In this document: in pieces, positions 21,390 through 35,335 of the stretch
Layout: each line of letters opens with the position of its first letter
How positions within the stretch are numbered: position 1 is the first letter of the stretch
From: Escherichia coli
GTDB taxonomy: Bacteria > Pseudomonadota > Gammaproteobacteria > Enterobacterales > Enterobacteriaceae
Assembly (NCBI RefSeq): GCF_003790525.1
Contig: NZ_CP033635.1
Strand: one strand, 5' to 3'
Length of the DNA: 64,000 bases
Made by a program: the position numbers and the translations under genes
The notes under the pieces: generated by a model
The model's input: only the letters and a program-made list of their open reading frames with translations
Database searches by the model: none
Told to the model about the DNA's origin: nothing

Positions 21390-24300
21390 TTACCCTACCG
21401 CTGGTGTCGGATCGTCGCCTTTGTAGTCGCGTTTGACTTCCGTCACCTCATCGCCCTTCTCGTTGTGCAGATGCACTTCAAGCTGGTTAAAGGCAATGTT
21501 GATGTCGTTTTCACGGCACAGCTGATCGATAGTACGGTTCAGCTCATCGACAGTACGGCTACGGTCACGCAGTTCACGCACATACAGACGCAGCTCATGA
21601 TCCAACGTGCTGGCACCAAACGCCGTAAAGAAGACTTCCGGCATTGGTTCGTGCATCACCCTTGGGTGCTCAGTCGCCGCCTTCAGTAATACTTTACGCA
21701 CTTTTTCCAGATCGGAGCCATAGGCCACGCCGAGACGGATCACCAGACGCGTAGTCGTGTCAGTCAACGACCAGTTGATCAGACGCTCGGTAACAAACGC
21801 TTTGTTCGGGATGATCACTTCTTTGCGATCGAAATCGGTAATCGTTGTCGCACGAATACGGATCTTACTTACCGTCCCCGAGAAGCTACCAATGGTTACC
21901 GTATCGCCAATGCGCACCGGACGTTCGAACAGAATGATCAAACCGGAGACGAAGTTACCGAAAATTTCTTGTAAACCAAAACCAAGACCTACGGATAATG
22001 CTGCCGCCAGCCACTGGAGTTTATCCCAAGAGACGCCCAGCGATCCGAACACCGTCATCGCACCAACGGCAATAATGATGTAGTTAAGGATGGTAGTAAT
22101 GGCATACGACGCGCCCTGGCGCATATTCAATCGCGAGAGCACCAGCACTTCCAGCAAACCAGGCAGGTTGCGAATCAACGCCCAGGCCACCATTGAGGCG
22201 ATAATCGCAAACAACAGACTGCCCATGGTGACGTTTTTCACCACCGCAGCACCAGCTTCAGTACCGTTGTAATGCCAGAGCGTAATGCTGTCGAGATAGC
22301 TGAACACGGTGATCAAATCGGACCAAATTGCCCAGAACATGACACCGAACAGCGCAAACATCAGCAACATGGTAATACGCAGCGTCTGCTGGTTAACTTG
22401 CTCCAGTGCAATGGTGGGTTCTTCCGGCGGTTCGGCACCTTCTGCGCCCTCTTTCACCAGATTCTGCCGACGCGCCAGCGCACGACGCCAGGCGATACGC
22501 CGCGCCGCTACGCTTAAGCCGCGCAATACCGTCTGGTACAGCAGGTTCCAGATGATCACCAAATAAACGGTTTCAATCCAACGCCCGGAGAGGCGCAGCG
22601 TGGTGTAGAAATAACCCGTGGCGGTCAGCACCATCAACGCAATCGGGATAATCGACAGTACGGTAATGGTGACCAGTCGCATGGTGTGCGACTCTTTATC
22701 ACGCCAGCTTTCGCGGCACATCGGCCACACCAGGAAGGCAATCAGCAGCAAGTTGAAGAAAATCATCGCCTGCCCCAGCACATCATCCATCAGATGCAGC
22801 GGGGAAAGTTCTGCCACCACAGACCAGAAATGGATAGGCAGCAATGCGAGACTGATGCGGACAATTTGCCGACGCCAGTGGCTGGTCTGCTGTTCCGGCA
22901 TGCCGAAGTGACGCACGGCAACGCCGTTTTTCTCCAACACTTTCCAGCACAGGCCAAACACCAGCCAGAAAATCGCCAGTTTTTTACTGAACGACCATAG
23001 CAGTTCGCTGATGTTGAGCTGCATGGTCAACAGAATCAGGCCAACCGCGAGAATAATCAGGCACACCGGCAGCGCACGGATCAGGTCGATAAGGATCGCT
23101 TTTGGTGTGTTGAGCTGGCTGTCGTTACGCAGGGAACCCACAGCGGAAGCCAGTTTTTGTTGATACGCTTTCAGCCAGCCCAGACGCCAGTGGATCAGCC
23201 CGGCAATCAACAGCAGCGGCAAACCAGCGAGGAAAGCGATAAAAACGGCAGGCCAGGCTTTTTCCCAGTTCACCGTGATTTTCATCGACTTAAATTCATC
23301 TTTCAGGCTTTGCGGGAACGCTTTGATCCAGTTCCAGTCCATTGGACGGTTACTGTTCACCCAAAAGATTTGCTGAGTCAGGATGGATTTCAGGTTTTTC
23401 GACACACTCATTAACTGCTGCTGGTTGATTTGCAGGTTAATGGCCATCATCAATTGGTTACCCAACTGTTTGTTAAGCTGATCCAGCAATTCGCGACGCA
23501 TATCAACCACTTGCAATAATGCATCGTGAACTTCGCTGTTGACTTCGTTGGTGTGACCTTCTTCCAGTTTGTTGACGAACGCATCGCTCTGGAAGAGTGC
23601 ATCACGCTGCTGGTTAACTTCAAACTGTTCGAGACGCAAATCCGCGATGCGGTTGGTCATGTTTTCCAGTTCATCCGCCGAGGGCAGCGTTTGTTGTTGC
23701 TGGTAAAGGATACGAGACAACAGCAGGCTGCCCTTCAGGACGGCAATCTGCTCTTTAATATTGCGTTCCGATTGCAGCGCCCGCTCCAGCCAGTTTTTGA
23801 CTTTAATGTTTTGCTGCATCAACTGATTACCGTTTTCAGTCGCGGTAATCAGACGCTGACTTAACTGCTGGTTAATTTCCAGTTCCTGCTTCACCAGCGG
23901 ATTAGCCTGAATACGCGCGGCTTCATCCGGGGAGACGGCCTCCTGCGCCGTTTGTTCGGTTAAAGTCAGGCGCTTGCTGTTTACCGCTTCTTGCAACAGC
24001 TGCAACTGGTGCTCCAGACGGGCGCTGTTCGCCGTCACGTAATCCCGTTGCTTTTGCAAGGTATCCTGTAAGACTGTGTTTCCTTCCAGGCTTTTACGCT
24101 GCTGGTCAATCTCCGCATTCAGCAACGCCTGCTGGGCCTGCATTAACACTTTCTGGCTGGGACGTAAGGCAGTCTCGCCGACATCAGTCCCATCCAGACG
24201 ACTGCGAATTTGTTGCAGCTGCTGCGAAGCGTTATACATCGCATTTTGCACGCGTTCGGGCTGCGTCTGTAACGAAACCAGCTGGCTGTTATAAGACGCC

Positions 24301-24752
24301 AGATCGTTTTGTGCGTTTTGCAAATCGTCCAGCGCCTGGGCAACGCGAGTTTCCAGCTGGCGCAACGAAAGCGTGCTCAGAATTTTGCGCGTTTCTTCGT
24401 CATTATCGACATCGCTAAGTGCTGTTAACGCTGCGGTCGCCTGACGCATTTTTTCCGGCGCTTCAGCGACTTTTTGCCGTAGCTGAACTGTCTCTTCTTT
24501 TACGCGATCGATTTTATCGAGGGTGGCTAATGTATCTGTCAGATCCTGCTGCACCAGTTTGTCCTGAGCAGAAAGATCTTTTTGTTTATTCAGTGAGTCA
24601 AGTTGTGCCTGCAGGTCCGCTTTTGTCGGCAGATCACCATTCGATGACGCCCGCGCAAACGCCGTGTTCTGGCATAACAAGACAAAAACAAAAGCAATAA
24701 ATGCTGAAAAAACAAAATGCCGTGATCGTTTGTAATACTGGAACATAGTCAT
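21390..24752 (-). CDS. mscK: Potassium-dependent mechanosensitive channel MscK (KefA), 1120 aa
   Basis: ORF track 1120 aa; signal peptide, long coiled-coil periplasmic region, multi-TM domain and C-terminal MscS-like domain. Confidence 0.95.
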   Translation of the reverse strand: MTMFQYYKRSRHFVFSAFIAFVFVLLCQNTAFARASSNGDLPTKADLQAQLDSLNKQKDLSAQDKLVQQDLTDTLATLDKIDRVKEETVQLRQKVAEAPEKMRQATAALTALSDVDNDEETRKILSTLSLRQLETRVAQALDDLQNAQNDLASYNSQLVSLQTQPERVQNAMYNASQQLQQIRSRLDGTDVGETALRPSQKVLMQAQQALLNAEIDQQRKSLEGNTVLQDTLQKQRDYVTANSARLEHQLQLLQEAVNSKRLTLTEQTAQEAVSPDEAARIQANPLVKQELEINQQLSQRLITATENGNQLMQQNIKVKNWLERALQSERNIKEQIAVLKGSLLLSRILYQQQQTLPSADELENMTNRIADLRLEQFEVNQQRDALFQSDAFVNKLEEGHTNEVNSEVHDALLQVVDMRRELLDQLNKQLGNQLMMAINLQINQQQLMSVSKNLKSILTQQIFWVNSNRPMDWNWIKAFPQSLKDEFKSMKITVNWEKAWPAVFIAFLAGLPLLLIAGLIHWRLGWLKAYQQKLASAVGSLRNDSQLNTPKAILIDLIRALPVCLIILAVGLILLTMQLNISELLWSFSKKLAIFWLVFGLCWKVLEKNGVAVRHFGMPEQQTSHWRRQIVRISLALLPIHFWSVVAELSPLHLMDDVLGQAMIFFNLLLIAFLVWPMCRESWRDKESHTMRLVTITVLSIIPIALMVLTATGYFYTTLRLSGRWIETVYLVIIWNLLYQTVLRGLSVAARRIAWRRALARRQNLVKEGAEGAEPPEEPTIALEQVNQQTLRITMLLMFALFGVMFWAIWSDLITVFSYLDSITLWHYNGTEAGAAVVKNVTMGSLLFAIIASMVAWALIRNLPGLLEVLVLSRLNMRQGASYAITTILNYIIIAVGAMTVFGSLGVSWDKLQWLAAALSVGLGFGLQEIFGNFVSGLIILFERPVRIGDTVTIGSFSGTVSKIRIRATTITDFDRKEVIIPNKAFVTERLINWSLTDTTTRLVIRLGVAYGSDLEKVRKVLLKAATEHPRVMHEPMPEVFFTAFGASTLDHELRLYVRELRDRSRTVDELNRTIDQLCRENDINIAFNQLEVHLHNEKGDEVTEVKRDYKGDDPTPAVG

Positions 24753-24879
24753 GATGAATGAAGGTTTCTGAACCTGAAGAACGACCTGAAAAAGTCAAAC
24801 CGCAAGAATATCACGACGCAGTGAACCAGAATAGCAACGACGAAAATGTCCAGGAAAAATCCTGGAGTCAGATTCAGGG

Positions 24880-25527
24880 TTATTCGTTAGTGGCAGGATT
24901 ACGAAGCGTGGGGCACAGGAGATACATCTCCAGTAAGATGGCGACGTAATCGCGGGCTTCTTTTTTAAGATCAAAAGATTGCGGGGCAAAGAGCCAGTTT
25001 TCCATCAGGCCGGAAATATAGCCGCGCATAATAATTGCTGCGCGACGCGTCATTAAATCCGCAGGCAACATTTTCGCTTCAATACAATGTTTTAACGTTT
25101 GTTCTATACGGTCATAACTTTCCAGACAGAGATTACGTTGTGCCTGTTGCACAACAGCCATTTCTCCGACAAATTCGCATTTGTGGAATATAATCTCCAT
25201 CAATAATCGACGCCGTTCTTCTGTCACCGTGGATTCAAGAACATGAATTAATATCTCTCTTAATACTGAGAGTGGATCGCCAGGGAATTTTGCCTGATAC
25301 TCAAGCTCTAGTTCACCAATATTGGATTCTGACAGTTCCCAGATCTCACTGAACAAATCCGACTTGTCTTTAAAATGCCAGTAGATTGCACCGCGCGTAA
25401 CGCCAGCTGCTTTTGCAATCTCGCCCAGCGAGGTGGATGATACCCCCTGCTGTGAGAAAAGACGTAGAGCCACATCGAGGATGTGTTGGCGCGTTTCTTG
25501 CGCTTCTTGTTTGGTTTTTCGTGCCAT
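24880..25527 (-). CDS. acrR: TetR-family repressor AcrR (215 aa)
   Basis: ORF track 215 aa; N-terminal TetR HTH; divergent from acrA. Confidence 0.95.
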
Positions 25528-25555
25528 ATGTTCGTGAATTTACAGGCGTTAGATT

Positions 25556-25579
25556 TACATACATTTGTGAATGTATGTA
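25556..25579. promoter_or_regulatory. AcrR operator, 24-bp perfect palindrome TACATACATTTGTGAATGTATGTA in the acrR-acrA divergent promoter region
   Basis: Perfect inverted repeat read directly at 25556-25579, between the acrR start (25527) and the acrA start (25669). Confidence 0.8.
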
Positions 25580-25668
25580 CCATAGCACGACGATAATATA
25601 AACGCAGCAATGGGTTTATTAACTTTTGACCATTGACCAATTTGAAATCGGACACTCGAGGTTTACAT

Positions 25669-26862
25669 ATGAACAAAAACAGAGGGTTTACGCCTCTGGC
25701 GGTCGTTCTGATGCTCTCAGGCAGCTTAGCCCTAACAGGATGTGACGACAAACAGGCCCAACAAGGTGGCCAGCAGATGCCCGCCGTTGGCGTAGTAACA
25801 GTCAAAACTGAACCTCTGCAGATCACAACCGAGCTTCCGGGTCGCACCAGTGCCTACCGGATCGCAGAAGTTCGTCCTCAAGTTAGCGGGATTATCCTGA
25901 AGCGTAATTTCAAAGAAGGTAGCGACATCGAAGCAGGTGTCTCTCTCTATCAGATTGATCCTGCGACCTATCAGGCGGCATACGACAGTGCGAAAGGTGA
26001 TCTGGCGAAAGCCCAGGCTGCAGCCAATATCGCGCAATTGACGGTGAATCGTTATCAGAAATTGCTCGGTACTCAGTACATCAGTAAGCAAGAGTACGAT
26101 CAGGCTCTGGCTGATGCGCAACAGGCGAATGCTGCGGTCACTGCGGCGAAAGCTGCCGTTGAAACTGCGCGGATCAATCTGGCTTACACCAAAGTCACCT
26201 CGCCGATTAGCGGTCGCATTGGTAAGTCGAACGTGACAGAAGGCGCATTGGTACAGAACGGTCAGGCGACTGCGCTGGCAACCGTGCAGCAACTTGATCC
26301 GATCTACGTTGATGTGACCCAGTCCAGCAACGACTTCCTGCGCCTGAAACAGGAACTGGCAAATGGCACGCTGAAACAAGAGAACGGCAAAGCCAAAGTG
26401 TCGCTGATCACCAGTGACGGCATTAAGTTCCCGCAGGACGGTACGCTGGAATTCTCTGACGTTACCGTTGATCAGACCACCGGGTCTATCACCCTACGCG
26501 CTATCTTCCCGAACCCGGATCACACTCTGCTGCCGGGTATGTTCGTACGTGCGCGTCTGGAAGAAGGGCTTAATCCAAACGCTATTTTAGTCCCGCAACA
26601 GGGCGTAACCCGTACGCCGCGTGGCGATGCCACCGTACTGGTGGTTGGCGCGGATGACAAAGTGGAAACCCGTCCGATCGTTGCAAGCCAGGCTATCGGC
26701 GATAAGTGGCTGGTGACAGAAGGTCTGAAAGCAGGCGATCGCGTAGTAATAAGTGGGCTGCAGAAAGTGCGTCCTGGTGTCCAGGTAAAAGCACAAGAAG
26801 TTACCGCTGATAATAACCAGCAAGCCGCAAGCGGTGCTCAGCCTGAACAGTCCAAGTCTTAA
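25669..26862 (+). CDS. acrA: Multidrug efflux periplasmic adaptor AcrA (397 aa), lipoprotein
   Basis: Track ORF starts 36 nt upstream; start taken as MNKNRGFTPLAVVLMLSGSLALTGC (lipobox). Confidence 0.95.
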   Translation: MNKNRGFTPLAVVLMLSGSLALTGCDDKQAQQGGQQMPAVGVVTVKTEPLQITTELPGRTSAYRIAEVRPQVSGIILKRNFKEGSDIEAGVSLYQIDPATYQAAYDSAKGDLAKAQAAANIAQLTVNRYQKLLGTQYISKQEYDQALADAQQANAAVTAAKAAVETARINLAYTKVTSPISGRIGKSNVTEGALVQNGQATALATVQQLDPIYVDVTQSSNDFLRLKQELANGTLKQENGKAKVSLITSDGIKFPQDGTLEFSDVTVDQTTGSITLRAIFPNPDHTLLPGMFVRARLEEGLNPNAILVPQQGVTRTPRGDATVLVVGADDKVETRPIVASQAIGDKWLVTEGLKAGDRVVISGLQKVRPGVQVKAQEVTADNNQQAASGAQPEQSKS

Positions 26863-26881
26863 CTTAAACAGGAGCCGTTAA

Positions 26882-30034
<3,153 letters not shown>

Positions 30035-30051
30035 TACAACGTGTAATCACT

Positions 30052-30076
30052 AAGGCCGCGCAAGCGGCCTTTTTTA
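30052..30076 (+). terminator. Intrinsic terminator after acrB
   Basis: GGCCGC-GCAA-GCGGCC hairpin followed by TTTTTT, 20 nt after the acrB stop. Confidence 0.75.
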
Positions 30077-30579
30077 TGCATAACCTACGAACATTAAGGA
30101 GTCATTGAACCACCAACTCAGGATCTCATACGAAAACCAGTATTAAACACGTATAAAATTCATAAAAAATACTGATTGTTAGTTAATTTATATTAAGTAG
30201 CGCTAATAGATTTAATAATCCATAATCATTTAGAGGCTATTCTTAATTATTTGCGGTAATTCTTTATTCATTCCTCGGTTATTACGTCATATTCAGAGCA
30301 ATCCTGGTATTAGTGTTACCAATTTCATCTGGCGATAATCCTGAAATGTTATGAACAGTTCGAGCAAACTGCTTTTACCTGCTGCGGGTTAGTGCTAGTA
30401 TGAAAAAGTAAGTCCTGTCCCGCTTCCTTCCTAATTGTAATTTTTCGTAATAATGCGATGAAAACCTGCAAAGAGTGGCTTATAGTTAAGCTAACAAACG
30501 AGAGGGCAAGTCCAGGTCAGTAAGTTTTTTCCATCCCGAAAGGTGTCCGTTAGTTCAACCGCTAAGAAGGGGACGAGTT

Positions 30580-30954
30580 ATGGATGAATACTCACCCAAA
30601 AGACATGATATCGCACAGCTTAAGTTTCTCTGTGAAACCCTGTATCATGACTGTCTTGCAAACCTTGAAGAAAGCAATCATGGCTGGGTTAACGACCCAA
30701 CCTCGGCGATCAACCTCCAGTTGAATGAACTGATTGAGCATATTGCGACTTTCGCACTTAATTACAAAATTAAGTATAATGAAGACAATAAGCTCATTGA
30801 GCAGATCGACGAATATCTGGATGACACCTTTATGTTGTTCAGCAGTTATGGTATTAATATGCAGGATCTCCAAAAATGGCGGAAGTCAGGTAATCGACTA
30901 TTCCGTTGTTTTGTCAATGCGACGAAAGAGAATCCTGCGAGTTTATCTTGTTAG
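30580..30954 (+). CDS. tomB: Hha toxicity modulator TomB (YbaJ), 124 aa
   Basis: ORF track 124 aa; immediately upstream of hha. Confidence 0.88.
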
Positions 30955-30979
30955 AATTATTACAACCATGGGTAGAAGT

Positions 30980-31198
30980 ATGTCCGAAAAACCTTTAACG
31001 AAAACCGATTATTTAATGCGTTTACGTCGTTGCCAGACAATTGACACGCTGGAGCGTGTTATCGAGAAAAATAAATACGAATTATCAGATAATGAACTGG
31101 CGGTATTTTACTCAGCCGCAGATCACCGCCTCGCCGAATTGACTATGAATAAACTGTACGACAAGATCCCTTCCTCAGTATGGAAATTTATTCGCTAA
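30980..31198 (+). CDS. hha: Haemolysin expression-modulating protein Hha (72 aa), H-NS co-regulator
   Basis: ATG 30980 within the longer track frame; translation [72 protein letters not shown]. Confidence 0.92.
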
Positions 31199-31369
31199 TA
31201 AATAATTGGCTTTCGGAGCTATAACCAGCTGTTTATTAAGAATTTTATACTTTATCGCCATGAAGGCATACCCTATGTGATCTTCATCACACAGACGTAA
31301 TGGGAACGTTCTCTTCACTGACTTTTCGTCTTACTGTGTTGCCGCATTTTCAGCAACCGGAGGTCAGTA

Positions 31370-31921
31370 ATGAGCACAGAAAAAGAAAAGATGATTGCTG
31401 GTGAGTTGTATCGCTCGGCAGATGAGACGTTATCTCGCGATCGCCTGCGCGCTCGTCAGCTTATTCACCGATACAATCATTCCCTGGCGGAAGAGCACAC
31501 ATTACGCCAGCAAATTCTCGCTGATTTATTCGGTCAGGTGACAGAGGCTTATATTGAGCCAACGTTTCGCTGTGATTATGGCTATAACATTTTTCTCGGC
31601 AATAATTTTTTCGCCAACTTCGATTGCGTGATGCTTGATGTCTGCCCTATTCGCATCGGTGATAACTGTATGTTGGCACCAGGCGTTCATATCTACACGG
31701 CAACACATCCCATCGACCCTGTAGCACGTAATAGCGGTGCTGAACTGGGGAAACCCGTCACCATCGGTAATAACGTCTGGATTGGCGGACGCGCGATCAT
31801 TAACCCTGGTGTGACCATTGGTGATAACGTCGTGGTAGCCTCAGGTGCAGTTGTCACAAAAGATGTCCCGGACAACGTTGTCGTGGGCGGTAATCCAGCC
31901 AGAATAATTAAAAAATTGTAA
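31370..31921 (+). CDS. maa: Maltose O-acetyltransferase Maa (183 aa), hexapeptide-repeat acyltransferase
   Basis: ORF track 183 aa; left-handed beta-helix hexapeptide repeats ([25 protein letters not shown]). Confidence 0.93.
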   Translation: MSTEKEKMIAGELYRSADETLSRDRLRARQLIHRYNHSLAEEHTLRQQILADLFGQVTEAYIEPTFRCDYGYNIFLGNNFFANFDCVMLDVCPIRIGDNCMLAPGVHIYTATHPIDPVARNSGAELGKPVTIGNNVWIGGRAIINPGVTIGDNVVVASGAVVTKDVPDNVVVGGNPARIIKKL

Positions 31922-32036
31922 CCAGTTTTTCGCAACTGTTATGCAAAATCGTGGCAAATCTGTTACTTTCCCTCTACTATTCCCACGTTAAAATAGGGTG
32001 TTCCCTGGAAAGTTGCAGATACCACGAAGGCAAACG

Positions 32037-32507
32037 ATGACCGAAATACAACGCCTGCTGACCGAAACGATTGAGTCTCTGAATACCCGCGAAAAACGCG
32101 ACAACAAACCCCGCTTTAGTATCAGTTTTATCCGTAAACATCCGGGGCTATTTATCGGTATGTATGTTGCTTTTTTTGCCACCCTGGCGGTGATGTTGCA
32201 GTCCGAAACGCTTTCAGGCTCTGTCTGGCTACTGGTGGTATTATTTATCCTGCTAAATGGTTTCTTCTTTTTCGATGTCTACCCACGCTACCGCTATGAA
32301 GATATCGACGTGCTGGATTTCCGCGTTTGCTATAACGGCGAATGGTACAACACGCGCTTTGTACCTGCCGCGCTGGTTGAAGCCATCTTGAACTCTCCGC
32401 GTGTCGCGGATGTTCATAAAGAACAACTGCAAAAAATGATCGTCCGTAAAGGTGAACTGTCTTTTTACGATATTTTTACCCTCGCTCGCGCCGAATCAAC
32501 ATCTTAA
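32037..32507 (+). CDS. ylaC: Inner-membrane protein YlaC (156 aa)
   Basis: Track ORF 169 aa; start taken as [15 protein letters not shown]; two predicted TM helices. Confidence 0.85.
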
Positions 32508-32664
32508 GTTAGGGTTACATACCAGGCGTAAAGCTCTGCGCCTGGTCAAATGACAACGTTCGTTTCCACCCATCACTTCATGAAATCCCGGCTCTACCTC
32601 CTTATCTCCTGCCAGCCTTTTTCCACAATCAGATATACTTTCCCTACACTGTGTTAATAAGGAT

Positions 32665-34221
32665 ATGCTGGTGAGAACACGACATCTGGTCGGCCTTATT
32701 TCGGGAGTACTGATTCTTTCAGTATTGCTGCCTGTCGGCTTAAGCATCTGGCTGGCCCATCAGCAGGTAGAAACATCATTTATTGAAGAGCTGAATACGT
32801 ATTCCTCCCGCGTCGCTATTCGGGCCAATAAGGTGGCGACACAAGGGAAAGATGCGCTGCAAGAGCTGGAAAGATGGCAAGGCGCTGCCTGTAGCGAAGC
32901 CCATCTCATGGAAATGCGTCGGGTATCTTACAGTTATCGCTATATTCAGGAAGTGGTTTATATCGATAACAACGTTCCCCAGTGTTCGTCTCTGGAGCAT
33001 GAAAGCCCGCCCGATACCTTCCCCGAGCCAGGTAAAATTTCGAAAGATGGTTATCGTGTCTGGTTAACATCGCATAACGATTTAGGCATTATCCGTTACA
33101 TGGTCGCCATGGGAACGGCACATTATGTCGTCATGATCGACCCCGCTTCCTTTATTGATGTCATTCCCTATAGCTCATGGCAAATTGATGCCGCCATTAT
33201 TGGCAATGCCCATAACGTTGTGATAACCAGCAGTGATGAAATTGCTCAGGGAATTATTACCAGACTACAAAAAACACCCGGTGAGCATATCGAAAATAAT
33301 GGAATCATTTACGATATCCTGCCCTTACCGGAGATGAATATTTCGATCATCACCTGGGCTTCAACGAAAATGTTGCAGAAAGGCTGGCATCGGCAAGTCT
33401 TTATTTGGTTACCGTTCGGGTTGGTGATTGGCCTGCTGGCAGCGATGTTTGTGCTGCGTATTTTGCGCCGTATCCAGTCACCGCATCATCGGCTGCAGGA
33501 TGCTATCGAAAATCGTGATATTTGCGTGCACTATCAGCCGATTGTCTCCTTAGCCAATGGCAAAATTGTCGGTGCTGAGGCACTGGCGCGCTGGCCGCAG
33601 ACAGACGGTAGTTGGTTGTCACCAGATAGTTTTATTCCGCTGGCACAGCAAACGGGGCTTTCTGAGCCGTTGACGCTACTGATTATAAAAAGTGTCTTTG
33701 AAGATATGGGCGACTGGCTGCGTCAGCATCCGCAGCAGCATATTTCGATCAATCTTGAATCCACCGTGCTCACCTCGGAAAAAATCCCGCAATTGCTGCG
33801 TGAAATGATCAATCACTATCAGGTTAATCCCAGACAGATCGCGCTTGAACTCACTGAACGCGAGTTTGCCGATCCGAAAACCAGCGCCCCGATAATTTCT
33901 CGCTACCGGGAGGCGGGCCATGAAATTTATCTCGATGATTTTGGTACGGGGTATTCAAGTTTAAGCTATTTACAGGATCTGGATGTCGACATTCTGAAGA
34001 TCGATAAATCTTTCGTTGATGCGCTGGAATATAAAAATGTCACGCCACATATCATCGAAATGGCAAAAACACTGAAACTGAAAATGGTAGCGGAGGGAAT
34101 CGAAACCAGTAAACAAGAAGAGTGGCTACGTCAGCATAGCGTGCACTACGGCCAGGGCTGGCTCTACAGCAAGGCATTACCGAAAGAGGATTTCTTACGC
34201 TGGGCCGAGCAACATTTGTGA
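32665..34221 (+). CDS. pdeB: c-di-GMP phosphodiesterase PdeB (YlaB), CSS-motif sensor plus EAL domain
   Basis: ORF track 518 aa; N-terminal TM and periplasmic sensor, C-terminal EAL domain (EALAR, DDFGTGYSS); start may be the ATG at 32665 or the GTG at 32671. Confidence 0.9.
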   Translation: MLVRTRHLVGLISGVLILSVLLPVGLSIWLAHQQVETSFIEELNTYSSRVAIRANKVATQGKDALQELERWQGAACSEAHLMEMRRVSYSYRYIQEVVYIDNNVPQCSSLEHESPPDTFPEPGKISKDGYRVWLTSHNDLGIIRYMVAMGTAHYVVMIDPASFIDVIPYSSWQIDAAIIGNAHNVVITSSDEIAQGIITRLQKTPGEHIENNGIIYDILPLPEMNISIITWASTKMLQKGWHRQVFIWLPFGLVIGLLAAMFVLRILRRIQSPHHRLQDAIENRDICVHYQPIVSLANGKIVGAEALARWPQTDGSWLSPDSFIPLAQQTGLSEPLTLLIIKSVFEDMGDWLRQHPQQHISINLESTVLTSEKIPQLLREMINHYQVNPRQIALELTEREFADPKTSAPIISRYREAGHEIYLDDFGTGYSSLSYLQDLDVDILKIDKSFVDALEYKNVTPHIIEMAKTLKLKMVAEGIETSKQEEWLRQHSVHYGQGWLYSKALPKEDFLRWAEQHL

Positions 34222-34261
34222 ATTTTAGGGCTGACGGCACGCCGCACAGCCCGTCCGCTAC

Positions 34262-34615
34262 CTACTCGTCGATGATTGATTCGAATCCACCATAGATCAT
34301 TCGCTTGCCGTCAAACGGCATGGACTCGCCGAACTCTTTCATCCGTGGGTCCGACATCATCTTTTGATTAGCAGCGTCGCGGACCTCTTTTGAAGGGTAT
34401 TCAATCCAGCTAAAGACAACCTCTTCATTCTCTTCAGCTTTTACCGCCATACGAAAATCGGTCACTTTGCCATCCGGTACATCGCTGGCCCAGCATTCGA
34501 CAATACGAAGCGCGCCAAACTCTTTAAACAATGGCGCGGCCTTAGCGGCCATTTCCCGATAGGCATCCTTTTTATCGGCAGGAACGGCAACAACAAAACC
34601 ATCAACATACTTCAT
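34262..34615 (-). CDS. ybaA: DUF1428 protein YbaA (117 aa)
   Basis: ORF track 117 aa; position between pdeB and ffs. Confidence 0.85.
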   Translation of the reverse strand: MKYVDGFVVAVPADKKDAYREMAAKAAPLFKEFGALRIVECWASDVPDGKVTDFRMAVKAEENEEVVFSWIEYPSKEVRDAANQKMMSDPRMKEFGESMPFDGKRMIYGGFESIIDE

Positions 34616-34725
34616 CAGACATACCTCCGAAGCGTACTGCGCAGCCAGACAATTCTTGCGACGTCAGTTGTGGTTAAAGTTTAGCCATGTTGGGATTTTT
34701 TGACGAAACGGTGGGAGGCAGAAAT

Positions 34726-34839
34726 GGGTGGGGGCCCTGCCAGCTACATCCCGGCACACGCGTCATCTGCCTTGGCTGCTTCCTTCCGGACCTGACCTGG
34801 TAAACAGAGTAGCGTTGCGGGAGAACCAACAGAGCCCCC
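34726..34839 (-). ncRNA. ffs: 4.5S RNA (signal recognition particle RNA), 114 nt
   Basis: Reverse complement reads GGGGGCTCTGTTGGTTCTCCCGCAACGCTACTCTGTTTACCAGGTCAGGTCCGGAAGGAAGCAGCCAAGGCAGATGACGCGTGTGCCGGGATGTAGCTGGCAGGGCCCCCACCC, the E. coli 4.5S RNA. Confidence 0.95.
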
Positions 34840-34915
34840 ATTGAGAGCGTTGAGAACCAACGCGCAGGCGCATTATCACTGCTGCCCCAGCTAATTGCAA
34901 CCCATTGCGTGCCGG

Positions 34916-35305
34916 ATGCTGGTTTCTTGCGCAATGCGACTTCACTCGGGCGTTTTTCCAGATTATGCTGAAAAATTACCTCAGGAAGAAAAGATGGAAA
35001 AAGAAGATTCATTTCCCCAACGCGTCTGGCAAATCGTCGCCGCTATTCCCGAAGGCTATGTCACCACTTACGGTGATGTGGCGAAACTGGCAGGATCGCC
35101 CCGCGCCGCGCGCCAGGTGGGCGGTGTGTTAAAGCGTCTCCCTGAAGGCAGCACCTTGCCCTGGCACCGGGTGGTTAATCGCCACGGCACAATTTCGCTA
35201 ACCGGACCGGATTTACAGCGTCAACGACAGGCATTACTGGCAGAAGGTGTGATGGTATCGGGAAGCGGGCAAATCGACTTGCAGCGTTATCGCTGGAACT
35301 ACTAA
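34916..35305 (+). CDS. atl: DNA base-flipping protein Atl (YbaZ), alkyltransferase-like, 129 aa
   Basis: Track ORF 136 aa; start taken at ATG 34916; MGMT-like C-terminal domain without the catalytic cysteine context (TYGDVAKLAGSPRAARQVG). Confidence 0.85.
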   Translation: MLVSCAMRLHSGVFPDYAEKLPQEEKMEKEDSFPQRVWQIVAAIPEGYVTTYGDVAKLAGSPRAARQVGGVLKRLPEGSTLPWHRVVNRHGTISLTGPDLQRQRQALLAEGVMVSGSGQIDLQRYRWNY

Positions 35306-35327
35306 CCCTCTCCGGGCGGAGAGGGTT
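35304..35327. terminator. Hairpin between convergent atl and ybaY (putative bidirectional terminator)
   Basis: 10-bp perfect stem AACCCTCTCC/GGAGAGGGTT with GGGC loop between the two stop codons; no strong U tract on either side. Confidence 0.45.
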
Positions 35328-35335
35328 AACTGCGC

